Made by a program: the position numbers and the translations under genes
Source of the DNA: a virus
Lineage: Duplodnaviria; Caudoviricetes
IMG/VR virus record: IMGVR_UViG_3300036790_000209
Coordinates: 1-51,261 of that record
Reading direction: 5' to 3' (one strand)
DNA length: 51,261 nucleotides
Shown here: piece after piece, positions 26,920 to 37,190 of the stretch
How positions within the stretch are numbered: position 1 is the first letter of the stretch
How the letters are laid out: the number at the start of each line of letters is the position of its first letter
Notes under the pieces: generated by a model
Databases searched by the model: none
What the model was told of the DNA's origin: nothing
What the model saw: the letters and a program-made list of their open reading frames with translations, nothing else

Positions 26920-27903
26920 ATGGCTTTCGGCACAATCGGAACTGGAGTTAGTCAGCCTTCAGCACAGTTAGTCGGTACGCTGAACGCCATTACCCAGAAG
27001 TATATTTATCCCACGATCGGCGATCAGGTCTTCGTCCCCTCCCCTCTATTCTGGGGCTTGACGAAGCGCGGTAAGGACATTCGCGAGGGCGCTGAGATTG
27101 TTTACCCCTTGGCGACCGCCGAGGAAATGACCGGCGGCTCCTACTACGGCGACCAGCTCCTCAACACCACCGTAGTGGATACCATTCAGCCTGCAAACCA
27201 GGTATGGCGTCCTTACTATCAATCCATAGCGGTCCCGGTTACCGACATCATCCTGGGGCGAGGCGGCCCGATGGGCCTCGACCTCGTGCGCTCCAAGATG
27301 GAAATCGGCGCGGGTTCCTTCCTCCAGAAGCTCTGCCGCGCCCTGTGGCACACCTCTCCGCAGAACACCTCGACCGATATCGACGACTTGACTTCTTGGG
27401 TGGCCGACACTTCGAATACCATCGCAGGTATCAACCGCTCGACCTCGACCTTCTGGCAACCAGCGGCTCCAGTTACCGGCGGAGCCGCCGCGCTGTCCCC
27501 GGCGGTCTTCGAAACGGCCTACCAGTCGATTGTCTACGGTTATGACGAGCCCGACCTCTGCGTGATGGACAACGAGCGTTACGGGGCCTTCAAAAATAAC
27601 TACACTCAGTTGATCCGCTATATGGACTTAGAACAGGACGACACCGCTCTCCAGGCCGGGTTCCGCTACCACTTCGTGGTCAACAACGCGGTCATCATGG
27701 CCGACCGTTACACCCCGGCGCAAACCGCTTACATCCTGAACTCCAAATATATCTTCCCGATCTTCAACGCCAACGACTACTTCAAGATCGACCCGTGGAT
27801 GCAGCCGTCGAATCAGCGCGTGGTGGTCTCGAAGATTTATCTTACTTGGCAACTCGCTTGCATCAGCCCGCGCATGAACGTGGAAATTTACGACCTGCAA
27901 TAA
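26920..27903 (+). CDS. Major capsid protein (HK97 fold)
   Basis: 327 aa after the scaffold; SPLF, AGINRST..FWQ, PDLCVM, AYILNSKY pattern; AGGAG SD. Confidence 0.85.
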   Translation: MAFGTIGTGVSQPSAQLVGTLNAITQKYIYPTIGDQVFVPSPLFWGLTKRGKDIREGAEIVYPLATAEEMTGGSYYGDQLLNTTVVDTIQPANQVWRPYYQSIAVPVTDIILGRGGPMGLDLVRSKMEIGAGSFLQKLCRALWHTSPQNTSTDIDDLTSWVADTSNTIAGINRSTSTFWQPAAPVTGGAAALSPAVFETAYQSIVYGYDEPDLCVMDNERYGAFKNNYTQLIRYMDLEQDDTALQAGFRYHFVVNNAVIMADRYTPAQTAYILNSKYIFPIFNANDYFKIDPWMQPSNQRVVVSKIYLTWQLACISPRMNVEIYDLQ

Positions 27904-27915
27904 AGGAGACCGACA

Positions 27916-28347
27916 GTGAGTATCGTCAACTCAATTCAACGTATTATGGCAGGTTACGGGGCCGGTGCCGGTCTCAGCCAAGCGGTAACCCCCGGTGGAT
28001 ACGCCACCGCCAACGCTGTAGCCCTATCGACTACCTCTCCGGTGACCACCGCCGTCGCTCTAGGCACTCAAGGCTACACCAACGGCTTGATCCGAGTGAA
28101 GATTTATCATGGCGGGGGCACCTCGCCGACCGTCGAACTTCAAATCACGGTAACCGACGGCACCAACACCTACACGGTCTTGTTGCCTACCACAGCCTTC
28201 GCGGTGCCCGCCGGGGCCAACAGCGGTATCGACATTGTCGTCGATGTGAATGTGGACATCGAGATCGCTACCGTGGACATCATCACCACCTTGGGGGGCA
28301 CCACGCCGACCGCGAGCATGGACTACGAAATCGATCTTAACCCGTAG
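27916..28347 (+). CDS. Capsid decoration/cement-like protein
   Basis: Beta-rich, T/G/V-rich 143 aa after MCP; strong SD. Confidence 0.55.
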   Translation: MSIVNSIQRIMAGYGAGAGLSQAVTPGGYATANAVALSTTSPVTTAVALGTQGYTNGLIRVKIYHGGGTSPTVELQITVTDGTNTYTVLLPTTAFAVPAGANSGIDIVVDVNVDIEIATVDIITTLGGTTPTASMDYEIDLNP

Positions 28348-28400
28348 GAATAAAAGAGTTCGCAGTAAACAATGTTGTTGGCTGTTCGCGTCAGTGGGCC

Positions 28401-28445
28401 GGGGCAGAGTCGAAGCTGGGCACTTCGGCTTTGCCCCTTCGTTTT
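28401..28445 (+). terminator. Intrinsic terminator after the capsid genes
   Basis: GGGGCAGAGTCGAAG/CTTCGGCTTTGCCCC stem followed by TTCGTTTT. Confidence 0.65.
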
Positions 28446-28459
28446 AGAGGAGTGTACCG

Positions 28460-29701
28460 TTGCCGCTCGTAGGCGATATAATTCAACGATTCCGCGACTT
28501 GGCGCTCGACCAGTCTCAGTCGCTCGCTGCCCCGACGTTGTTAACCTTGACCCCTGTCGCAGGGGGGACTTTCCCGGCGAATACCTACTATGTAGTCATT
28601 ACCACCATCACTCCCTGGGGTGAAACGATCGCATCAAACGAAGTGAGTGTGACTCTAAGCGGGGGCAATGGTTCCTTCCAAGTTGGATGGTCTGGAGGTC
28701 AGGGAGTATCCGCGACCGGGCTTAATGTTTATGCAGGCGTTGCCACGGGGGCGGAAAACGAAGTTACTCGCTTTTCTACCCCGCTTGTAAACCCTACCAT
28801 TTCCGCCTACGAAGCCCAGGCGGCGGCAACTCCTCCTCCCACCAACAGCGCCTACCTTCCCGATACCGACGGCAGCTACCTGCGAGCATCAACCGTCTTC
28901 CGGTGGCTCTCAAGCGCTCTCCACGAGTCTAGCCGCATCGCGGGCGGCCTGCCCGACTACGGCGGTTTCCCCTCGGTTATCAACTGGGCTACCTACGTCG
29001 TCCCGGGGGAGTGGACGCGCATGATTCAGCCTTGGTATGACGGCTACCCGGTTTCCTTCTCTAACACCGGCGCGTTCTTCAAACGAAACATTGTAACCTC
29101 GTCGATCCTGGCAGGCTGGGCGGTTTCCTTCTACAACAACCAACTCGGCGTGGAATTATGGCCGCAGCCCGCGCGGACAGCCACCCAGACAACCCTAGCA
29201 TCCGCGATGACCGTGGCGGACACCTCGGCCACTTTAACTTCCACTGGCGGCTTCCTCCTGCCTACCTACGGCATGGTACGCTTCGGCACGGAAATCTGCG
29301 CCTACAACGGCATCAGCGGCAATCAACTAGTCGGCCTTATTCGCGGCCTCGGCGGCACCGTGCCTGCCGCATGGGCGAGTACCACGCAAGTTAACGAACT
29401 CAACGCTTTCTTTCAGGGACGCCGGGTATTCTCGGCTGACTACACTCCAGGCCAGTCAAACGTCAGCCTGCCGATCCCTTCCGGCTGGGGCGACACTTTG
29501 GTTGATTTCATGCTGGCCAAGTTCTATGAAACCGAACGCGACGCGGGCGCGGTGACTTCGCACATGAAAAGTTTCACCGACCGCATCGCCCTGTACATGC
29601 GCATGAACCGGCAGATCGCCGGGCCGCAACAGGTTGGGAATCGCGATTACCAGTTCGTGGTATTTGGCGGCACCAGATTTGGCGGAAACGTGATCCCTTA
29701 G
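28460..29701 (+). CDS. Head-tail adaptor/tail tubular A-like protein with inserted Fn3-like domain
   Basis: Position; LWPQP motif, C-terminal LVDFMLAKFY helix; GGTFPANTYYVVIT...GETIASNE. Confidence 0.55.
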   Translation: MPLVGDIIQRFRDLALDQSQSLAAPTLLTLTPVAGGTFPANTYYVVITTITPWGETIASNEVSVTLSGGNGSFQVGWSGGQGVSATGLNVYAGVATGAENEVTRFSTPLVNPTISAYEAQAAATPPPTNSAYLPDTDGSYLRASTVFRWLSSALHESSRIAGGLPDYGGFPSVINWATYVVPGEWTRMIQPWYDGYPVSFSNTGAFFKRNIVTSSILAGWAVSFYNNQLGVELWPQPARTATQTTLASAMTVADTSATLTSTGGFLLPTYGMVRFGTEICAYNGISGNQLVGLIRGLGGTVPAAWASTTQVNELNAFFQGRRVFSADYTPGQSNVSLPIPSGWGDTLVDFMLAKFYETERDAGAVTSHMKSFTDRIALYMRMNRQIAGPQQVGNRDYQFVVFGGTRFGGNVIP

Positions 29702-29716
29702 ATCAGGAGGGTTACC

Positions 29717-29950
29717 ATGGCACATCATGGTGGACGACGTAAGAACTTCAAGCCGGTCAAGCGCCCCGGCGCAGCCACTCGCAAGGCCCACAAAGCAGGC
29801 GAGTCCGTGGGCACTTGGGCCAAGGATAACTATCATGCCCCCGGCCTCAAGGGCGAACAAGCCCGCTTCGCTGTGATCGCAAAGAAGTGGCATCATCGCG
29901 GTGGCCACCGTAAGGGCCGCCGGGGCAGCAGCCGGGGAGCGCGGAGGTAA
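29717..29950 (+). CDS. Very basic small protein
   Basis: AGGAGG SD; VKRPGA...A...K...HH motif; R/K/H-rich. Confidence 0.7.
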   Translation: MAHHGGRRKNFKPVKRPGAATRKAHKAGESVGTWAKDNYHAPGLKGEQARFAVIAKKWHHRGGHRKGRRGSSRGARR

Positions 29951-29953
29951 CGC

Positions 29954-32581
29954 GTGGCCCTCAAGCCCATTAGGCAGTCCCAGTTCTTGAAGGGACTCAA
30001 TGCCTCGGTCGCGTACAACACGCAGCCGAAAGGCACCGTCCCACGTTTGTCTAACATGGTCTTGACCAGCCGAGGCGCATTGCGGTCGTGCGATCAAAAC
30101 CTCGGCATCTGCACCCGTGGCGGCACCGGCCCCATTACCGACGCAAACCCCTTTCTGGCAATTCAAACCTATCAACCTTCCCCCGTTTTACGCCAAATAC
30201 TGGCCCTGCAAAACGCGCCTGTCGGCTCGCTTACTCCCCCTACCGGGTTGACAGCCACCTTAGCTTCCGGGGGCACTCTACCGGTAGGCGACACTTTCTA
30301 TTATGTAGTTACTTCCATCGATGGAGCCGGTGGCGAGTCGATTGCTTCGAGCGAGGCCAGTCAGACTACCACCAGCGGTAATCAAACTATTAACCTCGCT
30401 TGGACAGCCATACCAGGCGCGGTGTCCTACAATGTTTATCGCGCCACTTCCAGCGGCAATGAAGTGTTGCTGGCGGGTAGCGGACTTCCCGCCACGGTTA
30501 CTGGTTATTCCGACAACGGCTCGGCAACGGTGGTTTCCTCCGGTTATACCATCACTCGCGCTTCTGCCGTAGGTTCGCGCTATCCTAACCCTTCTGGTGG
30601 AGGGTATAGTTACAATACCGCGTTCTTTTTCTACCTTGCTTCCGCGCCGCCTATCGGGCCAACCGGCCCTTTCACCGTGACCGGCAGCTCAAACGCCTTG
30701 TTCAATGCCAACTATCCTTCGGGAGTCGCCACGGCAGGCGCGACAATTACTTATTCACTCCCAGGAAGCTACATTAACGAGACCGGAACAGGGGGAACAC
30801 TCACCTTGGCGAGCGGTGGGGGCGGCGGAAGCATTCGCCCTCCCACTTCAGGGACTTCTTCACTACTCGATTTACTCGATGTGTCGGGGGCATCTTACTC
30901 CTTCCCCGATAGTGTGATTGCGAGCTTCCCCACCGGCTCTATCATACCAATGCCGGTATTCCCGGTAGGCAGCGCTGGAGGCAGCTCGCAAGCCCCGGGA
31001 GGAGGTACCGCGCTCAACCCGGCCGCTGGCAACGTAGCCGGGGCAACCTGTGTGATCCCCGATATGGTCGCGTTCTCGGGGTTGCTGATCTTGGCGCTCG
31101 GCAATGGTTACGCCCCCTATCAAAGCGATGGCACTAACGGCGGGACGGTGGCCCTCACAAATACCTTTACCGGAGCCTTCCCAGGTTGGGTAGCCACAAC
31201 CGCTTACAACCTAGGCGACATAATCGAGCCTGACACTCCGAACGGCCATATCTACAAATGTATCCAAGCAGGCATCAGCAACACGAGTGAGCCGACCTGG
31301 CCTACCGGCAGCGGTCAAACTGTCCAAGATCACACCTGCATCTGGCAGGAGAATGGCTCAAACGCCACCCCAGCCCCGCGTGGGGCCGCCCATGCCATTA
31401 GCCACGCTGGCTCATTATGGCTGTGGAACACTTCCCCTGCCAACACCTCCGATAACCTCGATGGCCCTTCCGTCCTCAAGATGAGCGACGCTAATAACCC
31501 GGACTCATGGAATCCACTCAACGTGAGTTACGTCGGCAAGGATGACGGCCAGCAGGGCATGGGCCTGGCGAGTTTCACCATCGCCGAGGCGGGCATCGAG
31601 CCGACCGAGTCCCTGGTGTTATTCAAAGAGTTCTCAACCTATCAAGTGATCGGTGTGTTTGGCGCATCGGACTTCGAAATCCAGCAGGCTCAAACGAACC
31701 TTGGATGCATCGCTCCAAGGACCATTAAATTCGTCCCCGGCTTCGGCATCGTGCGCCTAACCCACTTGGGATTCGCGGTATTCGATGGGGTCCGCGATAG
31801 ACTCATCAGCGAGGAAATCAGACCATACCTATTTGGTGGAGTAGCCGACATTGTAGCCATGGACCAAAGCTACAGCTACATGGCCAAGGCTGACTTGACT
31901 GCGGTGCCTCCGATGTACGTGGCGGCAATTCCAGTGCTGGGGAATGGCCAAAATGGCAGCTTAACGCGCTTGTGTTGCTACGATCTGGTCCTCAAGGCGT
32001 GGACCATCATCGACATCCCTTTCGCGATTGAATCCTTGAAGCAACTCAACATCCCCGGCAGCTTGCCGCTAACGGTCTTTGGCGGCTGGGCTGATTCGAT
32101 GATTTCAAGGTGGCAGGTGGGCGACCAGCAAGGATGGCAGGCATGGCTTGATCCCACGCAGATCATCCACCAAGGAACGCAGCTTGTGTGGAGCATTCGT
32201 ACTCCATCCGCGCTTGGAGCGCAAGCAACCGATCGCGTTACCTTCCGCCGCCTAATCGTTCGAGGCCAGTGGCAGGGGACGAACACGAGCGGTCCAGGAC
32301 AGCCGTTGATCCCCACCAATTCGACCGGGACCGCTTCGTTTTCAACCTCAATCACCATCGACAAGGCAAACTGGCCGAACGCTCCGGCGCGTAATCTACT
32401 CACTCCCACTGGAGGGGTAGGAGATGCCTCTTTCGAACTGGTTTGCGAAATAGGCCAAACAGGACTTGACGCCTATGCTACAGTAGGCGGCATCCAGGCG
32501 CTTAGCGGCGCTCCCGTCGAAATCATCGAAACAGACTGGCTTGCGATCGCCCGCCCCACCGGGGCTCTATCGAGGGTATGA
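29954..32581 (+). CDS. Tail nozzle/tubular B-like protein with Fn3-like and carbohydrate-binding-like insertions
   Basis: FLKGLN N-terminus; propeller-like LVLFKE, GCIAPRTI, ISEEI; WVATTAYNLGD...EPTWP module. Confidence 0.65.
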   Translation: MALKPIRQSQFLKGLNASVAYNTQPKGTVPRLSNMVLTSRGALRSCDQNLGICTRGGTGPITDANPFLAIQTYQPSPVLRQILALQNAPVGSLTPPTGLTATLASGGTLPVGDTFYYVVTSIDGAGGESIASSEASQTTTSGNQTINLAWTAIPGAVSYNVYRATSSGNEVLLAGSGLPATVTGYSDNGSATVVSSGYTITRASAVGSRYPNPSGGGYSYNTAFFFYLASAPPIGPTGPFTVTGSSNALFNANYPSGVATAGATITYSLPGSYINETGTGGTLTLASGGGGGSIRPPTSGTSSLLDLLDVSGASYSFPDSVIASFPTGSIIPMPVFPVGSAGGSSQAPGGGTALNPAAGNVAGATCVIPDMVAFSGLLILALGNGYAPYQSDGTNGGTVALTNTFTGAFPGWVATTAYNLGDIIEPDTPNGHIYKCIQAGISNTSEPTWPTGSGQTVQDHTCIWQENGSNATPAPRGAAHAISHAGSLWLWNTSPANTSDNLDGPSVLKMSDANNPDSWNPLNVSYVGKDDGQQGMGLASFTIAEAGIEPTESLVLFKEFSTYQVIGVFGASDFEIQQAQTNLGCIAPRTIKFVPGFGIVRLTHLGFAVFDGVRDRLISEEIRPYLFGGVADIVAMDQSYSYMAKADLTAVPPMYVAAIPVLGNGQNGSLTRLCCYDLVLKAWTIIDIPFAIESLKQLNIPGSLPLTVFGGWADSMISRWQVGDQQGWQAWLDPTQIIHQGTQLVWSIRTPSALGAQATDRVTFRRLIVRGQWQGTNTSGPGQPLIPTNSTGTASFSTSITIDKANWPNAPARNLLTPTGGVGDASFELVCEIGQTGLDAYATVGGIQALSGAPVEIIETDWLAIARPTGALSRV

Positions 32582-32976
32582 TGCACGTTCGCCATTTGCG
32601 TCCTGGGGAAGACTGGCCCGATACCCTGTTCATGGGTTTCGAAGGATCAGCGCTTGACCGGGAATGGTGCTGGGTAGCCGAGGAAGGCTCTATGGTCGAA
32701 GCAGGGCTGCTGGCCTGCCCGATGCATGGGGTTGTCTTCCTGATGCGCCTGGCGACCGCCGCAGGGGCTTCCAGGCTAGCTCTGCGAACCATCCTAAGTG
32801 CGGCCCTGGCCGAATCGAAAGAACGAGGCTTCGTCGGTTACACCACCCTCACCGATCCAACCACGCTTGAGGGGCGTAAGCTCGAACGTTTGGTCAAGCA
32901 CCTTGGCGGTCTTCAGTGGCCCCGCCCAAACGTGCTCTCATTTGGCCTGCTTACCCAGGCCGGGGAGAAACTCTAA
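32578..32976 (+). CDS. GNAT-like protein preceding ejection genes
   Basis: VRHLRPGED...WVAEE...pattern; typical podovirus position. Confidence 0.45.
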   Translation: MMHVRHLRPGEDWPDTLFMGFEGSALDREWCWVAEEGSMVEAGLLACPMHGVVFLMRLATAAGASRLALRTILSAALAESKERGFVGYTTLTDPTTLEGRKLERLVKHLGGLQWPRPNVLSFGLLTQAGEKL

Positions 32977-33440
32977 TGCCTCCCGTATTCGCTGCCATCC
33001 CCGGAATCCTAGCCGCGATCGGCGGGGGAAGCGCCGCCGCAGGGGCGGCTACGGCGGGAAGCCTTGCGCTTGGAGGGACAGAACTGGTAAAGTCACTCAC
33101 AGCGGGTGGTGCTCCTGCTGCATCCCCCTTCCCAACCACCACTCAGACCGCCGCGACCAAGAACAACTTGGCTCAAATTGTATCGGCGGGCAGCGGCAAC
33201 GTGCAGCAGGCTACCGGAGGCGGCACCAGCCCTGGCTACCTCGCTGAACTTCTAGGCTCCCAGAGTGGCAGCTTGAGTAACCTAAATCAGCTCCAAGACC
33301 TCTTGAGCGCCTCGCCCAGCCTAACAAGTGGAGGGACACCGGCCAATCCCGCCGATTTGTCGATCCCCCCTCAAAGCAACGCCTCGCTCAGCGGCGGCTC
33401 GGGGCTGGCCGACTACGGCAACATCTTTGGAGGGGGCTAA
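32976..33440 (+). CDS. Internal virion/ejection protein
   Basis: G/A-rich hydrophobic N-terminus; TAATG overlaps. Confidence 0.6.
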   Translation: MPPVFAAIPGILAAIGGGSAAAGAATAGSLALGGTELVKSLTAGGAPAASPFPTTTQTAATKNNLAQIVSAGSGNVQQATGGGTSPGYLAELLGSQSGSLSNLNQLQDLLSASPSLTSGGTPANPADLSIPPQSNASLSGGSGLADYGNIFGGG

Positions 33441-34051
33441 TGGATGCCTTCGCACAACTCGGACAGATTTTCCAAAACTCCAGTGGAGGAGCAAACTGGG
33501 GTAACATCGCTAAGACCGGCCTGACCGGCTTCGGCCTAATCGGTAACATTCTGGCTCAGCAGAAGCAGAATGCGGCCCTCAACCGCATCGCTTACTATCA
33601 GAAGAATCCGGCCGCCGCCGCGCAGCAGATCAACTCCCTCACTCAGCCTCTCAGCCAAGGGCTGACTCAAGATGTTGGCAACAACGTCCAAGGCTACCTT
33701 GCCGAACGTGGCCTCAGCGGCAGCCCCAACGTAACCGCTGAAGTCCTGGCGCAAGCCTTGGCCCCCTACCAACAACAAAATCAGCAAACCGCCACGCAGG
33801 AGTTTATGAGTCTCCTAAATCCAGCGGGGGCCACCTATGGCAAGCCTGGCGACTTGAGTTCCCTATTAAAACTCTGGAGCCCCGCGACCGCGATCAGCTC
33901 ACCCACCGCCGGCCCCGGCGGGCAGGCTTACAACCCCATCTATGGCGGGCAGCCTGGAACTCCACCCACTTTTAATCTGCCATCGAACAACCCTGGCGCT
34001 CCACCCGACATTGACGCTTCCCCAGGACTCGACTTGTTTGGGAGCTACTAA
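33440..34051 (+). CDS. Internal virion/ejection protein
   Basis: Q/N/G-rich; LAERGLSGS motif. Confidence 0.6.
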   Translation: MDAFAQLGQIFQNSSGGANWGNIAKTGLTGFGLIGNILAQQKQNAALNRIAYYQKNPAAAAQQINSLTQPLSQGLTQDVGNNVQGYLAERGLSGSPNVTAEVLAQALAPYQQQNQQTATQEFMSLLNPAGATYGKPGDLSSLLKLWSPATAISSPTAGPGGQAYNPIYGGQPGTPPTFNLPSNNPGAPPDIDASPGLDLFGSY

Positions 34052-34359
34052 TGGCGGACTATTCGCTTGAATCGTTGGGAGCTAAATTTACCGAGTATGG
34101 AGGAAAGCGCCTTGGCATGTTAATCCCGTGTCCCAACTGTGGGGTCAATGTAGGTGTATATTTCGCCCCATTATCCGAGGACTTCAAAGCCAACTTCGGT
34201 GATAAAGGCCCAACATGGACGGCGACTGGCGACACGCTTAACGCGGTTACTTTACACCCCAGCGTGCGCGTGCTTGGCCACTTTCATTCGTGGGTCCGTA
34301 ATGGGATGCTCTGCGTAGATTCCCCCTTTGAGTGCAAAAAGGACGAGGAGTTTAAATAG
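34051..34359 (+). CDS. DUF6527-like protein
   Basis: CPNCG...WTATGDT...TLHPSV...HFHSWVRNG. Confidence 0.6.
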   Translation: MADYSLESLGAKFTEYGGKRLGMLIPCPNCGVNVGVYFAPLSEDFKANFGDKGPTWTATGDTLNAVTLHPSVRVLGHFHSWVRNGMLCVDSPFECKKDEEFK

Positions 34360-35621
34360 TGGGCGCGTTATTCCAATCCGTGTCTTCGCAACTCGGCAAC
34401 CTGGGAGGCTCCTACGCGGCCGCGCGCGACGCAGGCATCGAGCAGAAGAACCAGGCGGAGACCCAACAGTTCGATCAGGCTCAGAAACTCCGCGACTACC
34501 TCGAAACGCAGCGGATGGATAACCTCTACGGGCAAGTCCAGAAGGCCAACTTAGCTCGCCAACAGGCCGGTCAATGGGACATCGTTGGCCAACCTATGCA
34601 GACGAACAGTGGCGGCTATGGCGTCGTTGAGCGCAACACAGTCACGGGCGACATCCGTACACGCCCCCTCCCCGCCGACATTCAGCCTCGAAACGAAGAC
34701 GAGGTTAAGTGGGATCAATTCCGTTCCACCTACAAACAAGCATTCGGCACCGACCCATCGCCCGATCTCAAAACAGCCTTCTTCGATAAATTAGGCGGCG
34801 TTGCCGCGCCCAAAATGGACGACTTCACGGCCTGGCGCGAGGCGTTCAAGGTGCAACATGGCCGTTACCCCAACGCCACGGAGATTAGTGAGTTCCACCG
34901 CGCCCCACGGGCAAATATCATCCTCAGCGGGGATGCCCTCGACAACATGGCTGAAGCCGTAGCGGGTGGACAGACAAAACTTCCTTCTGGCAACCTTGGA
35001 GTTCAAGTACTCAATCGCCTGAAAGGGCTAAACTTAAAACTCCCCACCCAGTTAACCCCGTCCGTCCAGGCTAACCTATCCACTCGCGCTGACGCTCTCT
35101 CAACGGCCATCGACACTATTGAGCGCATTAAGCCGAACTTACCGCTACTGCAATCGCTTCCGGCCGCCTCTCTCGTCGATCTGGCGCAGCATCCCGACAG
35201 TGTGGCCCAGTTTTTAACCCGCATGCTCTCAAAGCCTTATTCAGCGGATAAGCAGGCCCAAATCGCTCAACTCGCAGGCGATCTTCGCTCCCTTCAAGAA
35301 CAGGTGAATATCCTGCGGCAGCCTCTTGGAGCCACTGGCTTCCGGGGCAAGGAAGGGTGGGAAGCCCTGCAAATGCAGATTGTCAAGGCCATGGGGAATC
35401 CGCAAATGAGCGCGGTCACCCTCAACAACACCGAATCCACCATGCACAAACTCCTCAACTCCACCCTCGCAACACTGGGGGAAGCACCTGCCTCGGACGG
35501 TCAAGCCCCCACGTCCGGGGTATCCCCCAGCCCACCCCCCGGCGCTACAATGAAAGTGCCGGGAAGCGATGGTAAGTTACATTGGAGTGACGGCGCGCAT
35601 GACCTCGGGGTGGTCCAATAA
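34359..35621 (+). CDS. Internal virion/ejection protein
   Basis: Helical, Q-rich, 420 aa; position in the ejection cluster. Confidence 0.55.
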   Translation: MGALFQSVSSQLGNLGGSYAAARDAGIEQKNQAETQQFDQAQKLRDYLETQRMDNLYGQVQKANLARQQAGQWDIVGQPMQTNSGGYGVVERNTVTGDIRTRPLPADIQPRNEDEVKWDQFRSTYKQAFGTDPSPDLKTAFFDKLGGVAAPKMDDFTAWREAFKVQHGRYPNATEISEFHRAPRANIILSGDALDNMAEAVAGGQTKLPSGNLGVQVLNRLKGLNLKLPTQLTPSVQANLSTRADALSTAIDTIERIKPNLPLLQSLPAASLVDLAQHPDSVAQFLTRMLSKPYSADKQAQIAQLAGDLRSLQEQVNILRQPLGATGFRGKEGWEALQMQIVKAMGNPQMSAVTLNNTESTMHKLLNSTLATLGEAPASDGQAPTSGVSPSPPPGATMKVPGSDGKLHWSDGAHDLGVVQ

Positions 35622-36997
35622 TGGCTAATGGAACGCCGGTCAAACTGGACTTCTCGAAAGCACAGCCGATCGCCCTGGACTTCTCAAAGGCGCAGCCAAT
35701 GACTCCAGCCTCGTTGCAAACACAAGGGATCGGTCCCGAGTTGCCGACCAACATGAGCATCCAGAATTACCCTCTGGCCACGCGCGTAAAGGACTCCCTC
35801 AAGCGCATGTTAATGGGTACTGAAGCGAGCTTGCCCGCGCTTGGAGCCGGGACCGCCGTTGCCTTAACTCCAGCCACGGGAGGTGCCAGTGACGCACTCC
35901 TGGCAGCCATCCTGGGCGGCGCGGCGGGCACCAATCTAAAACAACTCACCGCTCACTTTATGCATCAGCCAAACGCCCCCAAGGACATGAAGCAGGCTAT
36001 CGGCGAGGAGGAACTAGGCGGCCTTGAACAAGGCGAGTATGAAGCGGGAGGCCGCGTACTCGACTCAATCCTAGGCCGCTGGGCCGGATCGCGCGTGGCC
36101 GCCGCCTCACGTAAACGCCTCGCTGATTTAACCGCCATGGCCGGGCCCGCCGAAGAAACCAGTTCCAACATCACTAAAGTGCTGCCCGATCTCGACCAGA
36201 CAGTTGCTACGCTAGGCCACAATCCACGTACTCCGCGAGATGTGCTGAATGTAGTCCAGCGGACAAGCGACCGCCTCGATCAACAATTTAACCAGGAACT
36301 TTTCCGCATCGGCAAAGCGCGCGTGATGCCCAAGGAGATTGCCGACCGCATTCGTGCCGAGATCACCCCCGACATGCGCATGACCGCCGAAGGGCGCGCG
36401 GAAGCAAAAGAACTCCAACAGGCTGCCCTTGAGTATGAGCGTCCATGGACGCTTAACCAACTCAACTCTAAACGCATGACCAACAACGCTCGCTTGAGCG
36501 CTTTCTACAAACGCGAGTCTCAAGGACAAGCTACCGCCCTATCGGCCGCGCAAACCAAAATTATGAAGTCCGTCCGCGACGGGGCCGCCGAGATCGTCTA
36601 CGACGTGATGAACTCGCTACCGAACTCATCGATTGACGCTCGCCTGCTCAAGCAGAAACAGGGAGCGCTATGGGACTTGAGCGATCAACTCGATGAGCGA
36701 ATCGATAAACTCACCAACGCCCAACTCAACTTCGAGGGTCGTACACTACGGCAGAAAGTTCAACCTTCCGCCTACCTGTCAGACCGCAACATTCACGGGT
36801 ACTTTCGCGGCCTGGGCGACCTGATCCCCGGCGGCGGCCCCGAACGGCAGGCCATAACTCAAGCGCGCAAAGGGTTCCGTCCTTCTCGTGCTCTTAGTCG
36901 GCAGGCCGTGATCGCGGCTACCCCTCTCGCAAACTTTCTACGGGCCAGCGGAGTATATTCGAATCTGAACGACCAAGAGGGCCAAGATGCCCATTGA
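35621..36997 (+). CDS. Internal virion/ejection protein
   Basis: Tandem LDFSKAQP repeat, G/A-rich hydrophobic segment, helical body. Confidence 0.55.
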   Translation: MANGTPVKLDFSKAQPIALDFSKAQPMTPASLQTQGIGPELPTNMSIQNYPLATRVKDSLKRMLMGTEASLPALGAGTAVALTPATGGASDALLAAILGGAAGTNLKQLTAHFMHQPNAPKDMKQAIGEEELGGLEQGEYEAGGRVLDSILGRWAGSRVAAASRKRLADLTAMAGPAEETSSNITKVLPDLDQTVATLGHNPRTPRDVLNVVQRTSDRLDQQFNQELFRIGKARVMPKEIADRIRAEITPDMRMTAEGRAEAKELQQAALEYERPWTLNQLNSKRMTNNARLSAFYKRESQGQATALSAAQTKIMKSVRDGAAEIVYDVMNSLPNSSIDARLLKQKQGALWDLSDQLDERIDKLTNAQLNFEGRTLRQKVQPSAYLSDRNIHGYFRGLGDLIPGGGPERQAITQARKGFRPSRALSRQAVIAATPLANFLRASGVYSNLNDQEGQDAH

Positions 36998-37190
36998 GCG
37001 CTTTGTGTCCAAGGAAGCCGAGCGGCGTAACCTGGCCTACCGCCACATGCACGGTATCCCTTACACCGCAACCACCGCCATCGTGGCTGGCCGCGCCCAC
37101 AAAGTTAAACACTCACGCAACGCTAAGCGCCGCAAGATCGACGCGCGCCAGCGGCGTAAGGTAGCCCACCAAAGGGGGAGCCGCCGTTGA
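36987..37190 (+). CDS. Small basic protein
   Basis: MPIERFVSKEAERR..AY.H; R/K-rich. Confidence 0.6.
   Translation: MPIERFVSKEAERRNLAYRHMHGIPYTATTAIVAGRAHKVKHSRNAKRRKIDARQRRKVAHQRGSRR

Noticed and set aside
28348-28459. Possible tRNA
   Set aside because: No cloverleaf or T-loop consensus; a single hairpin with a T tract fits a terminator
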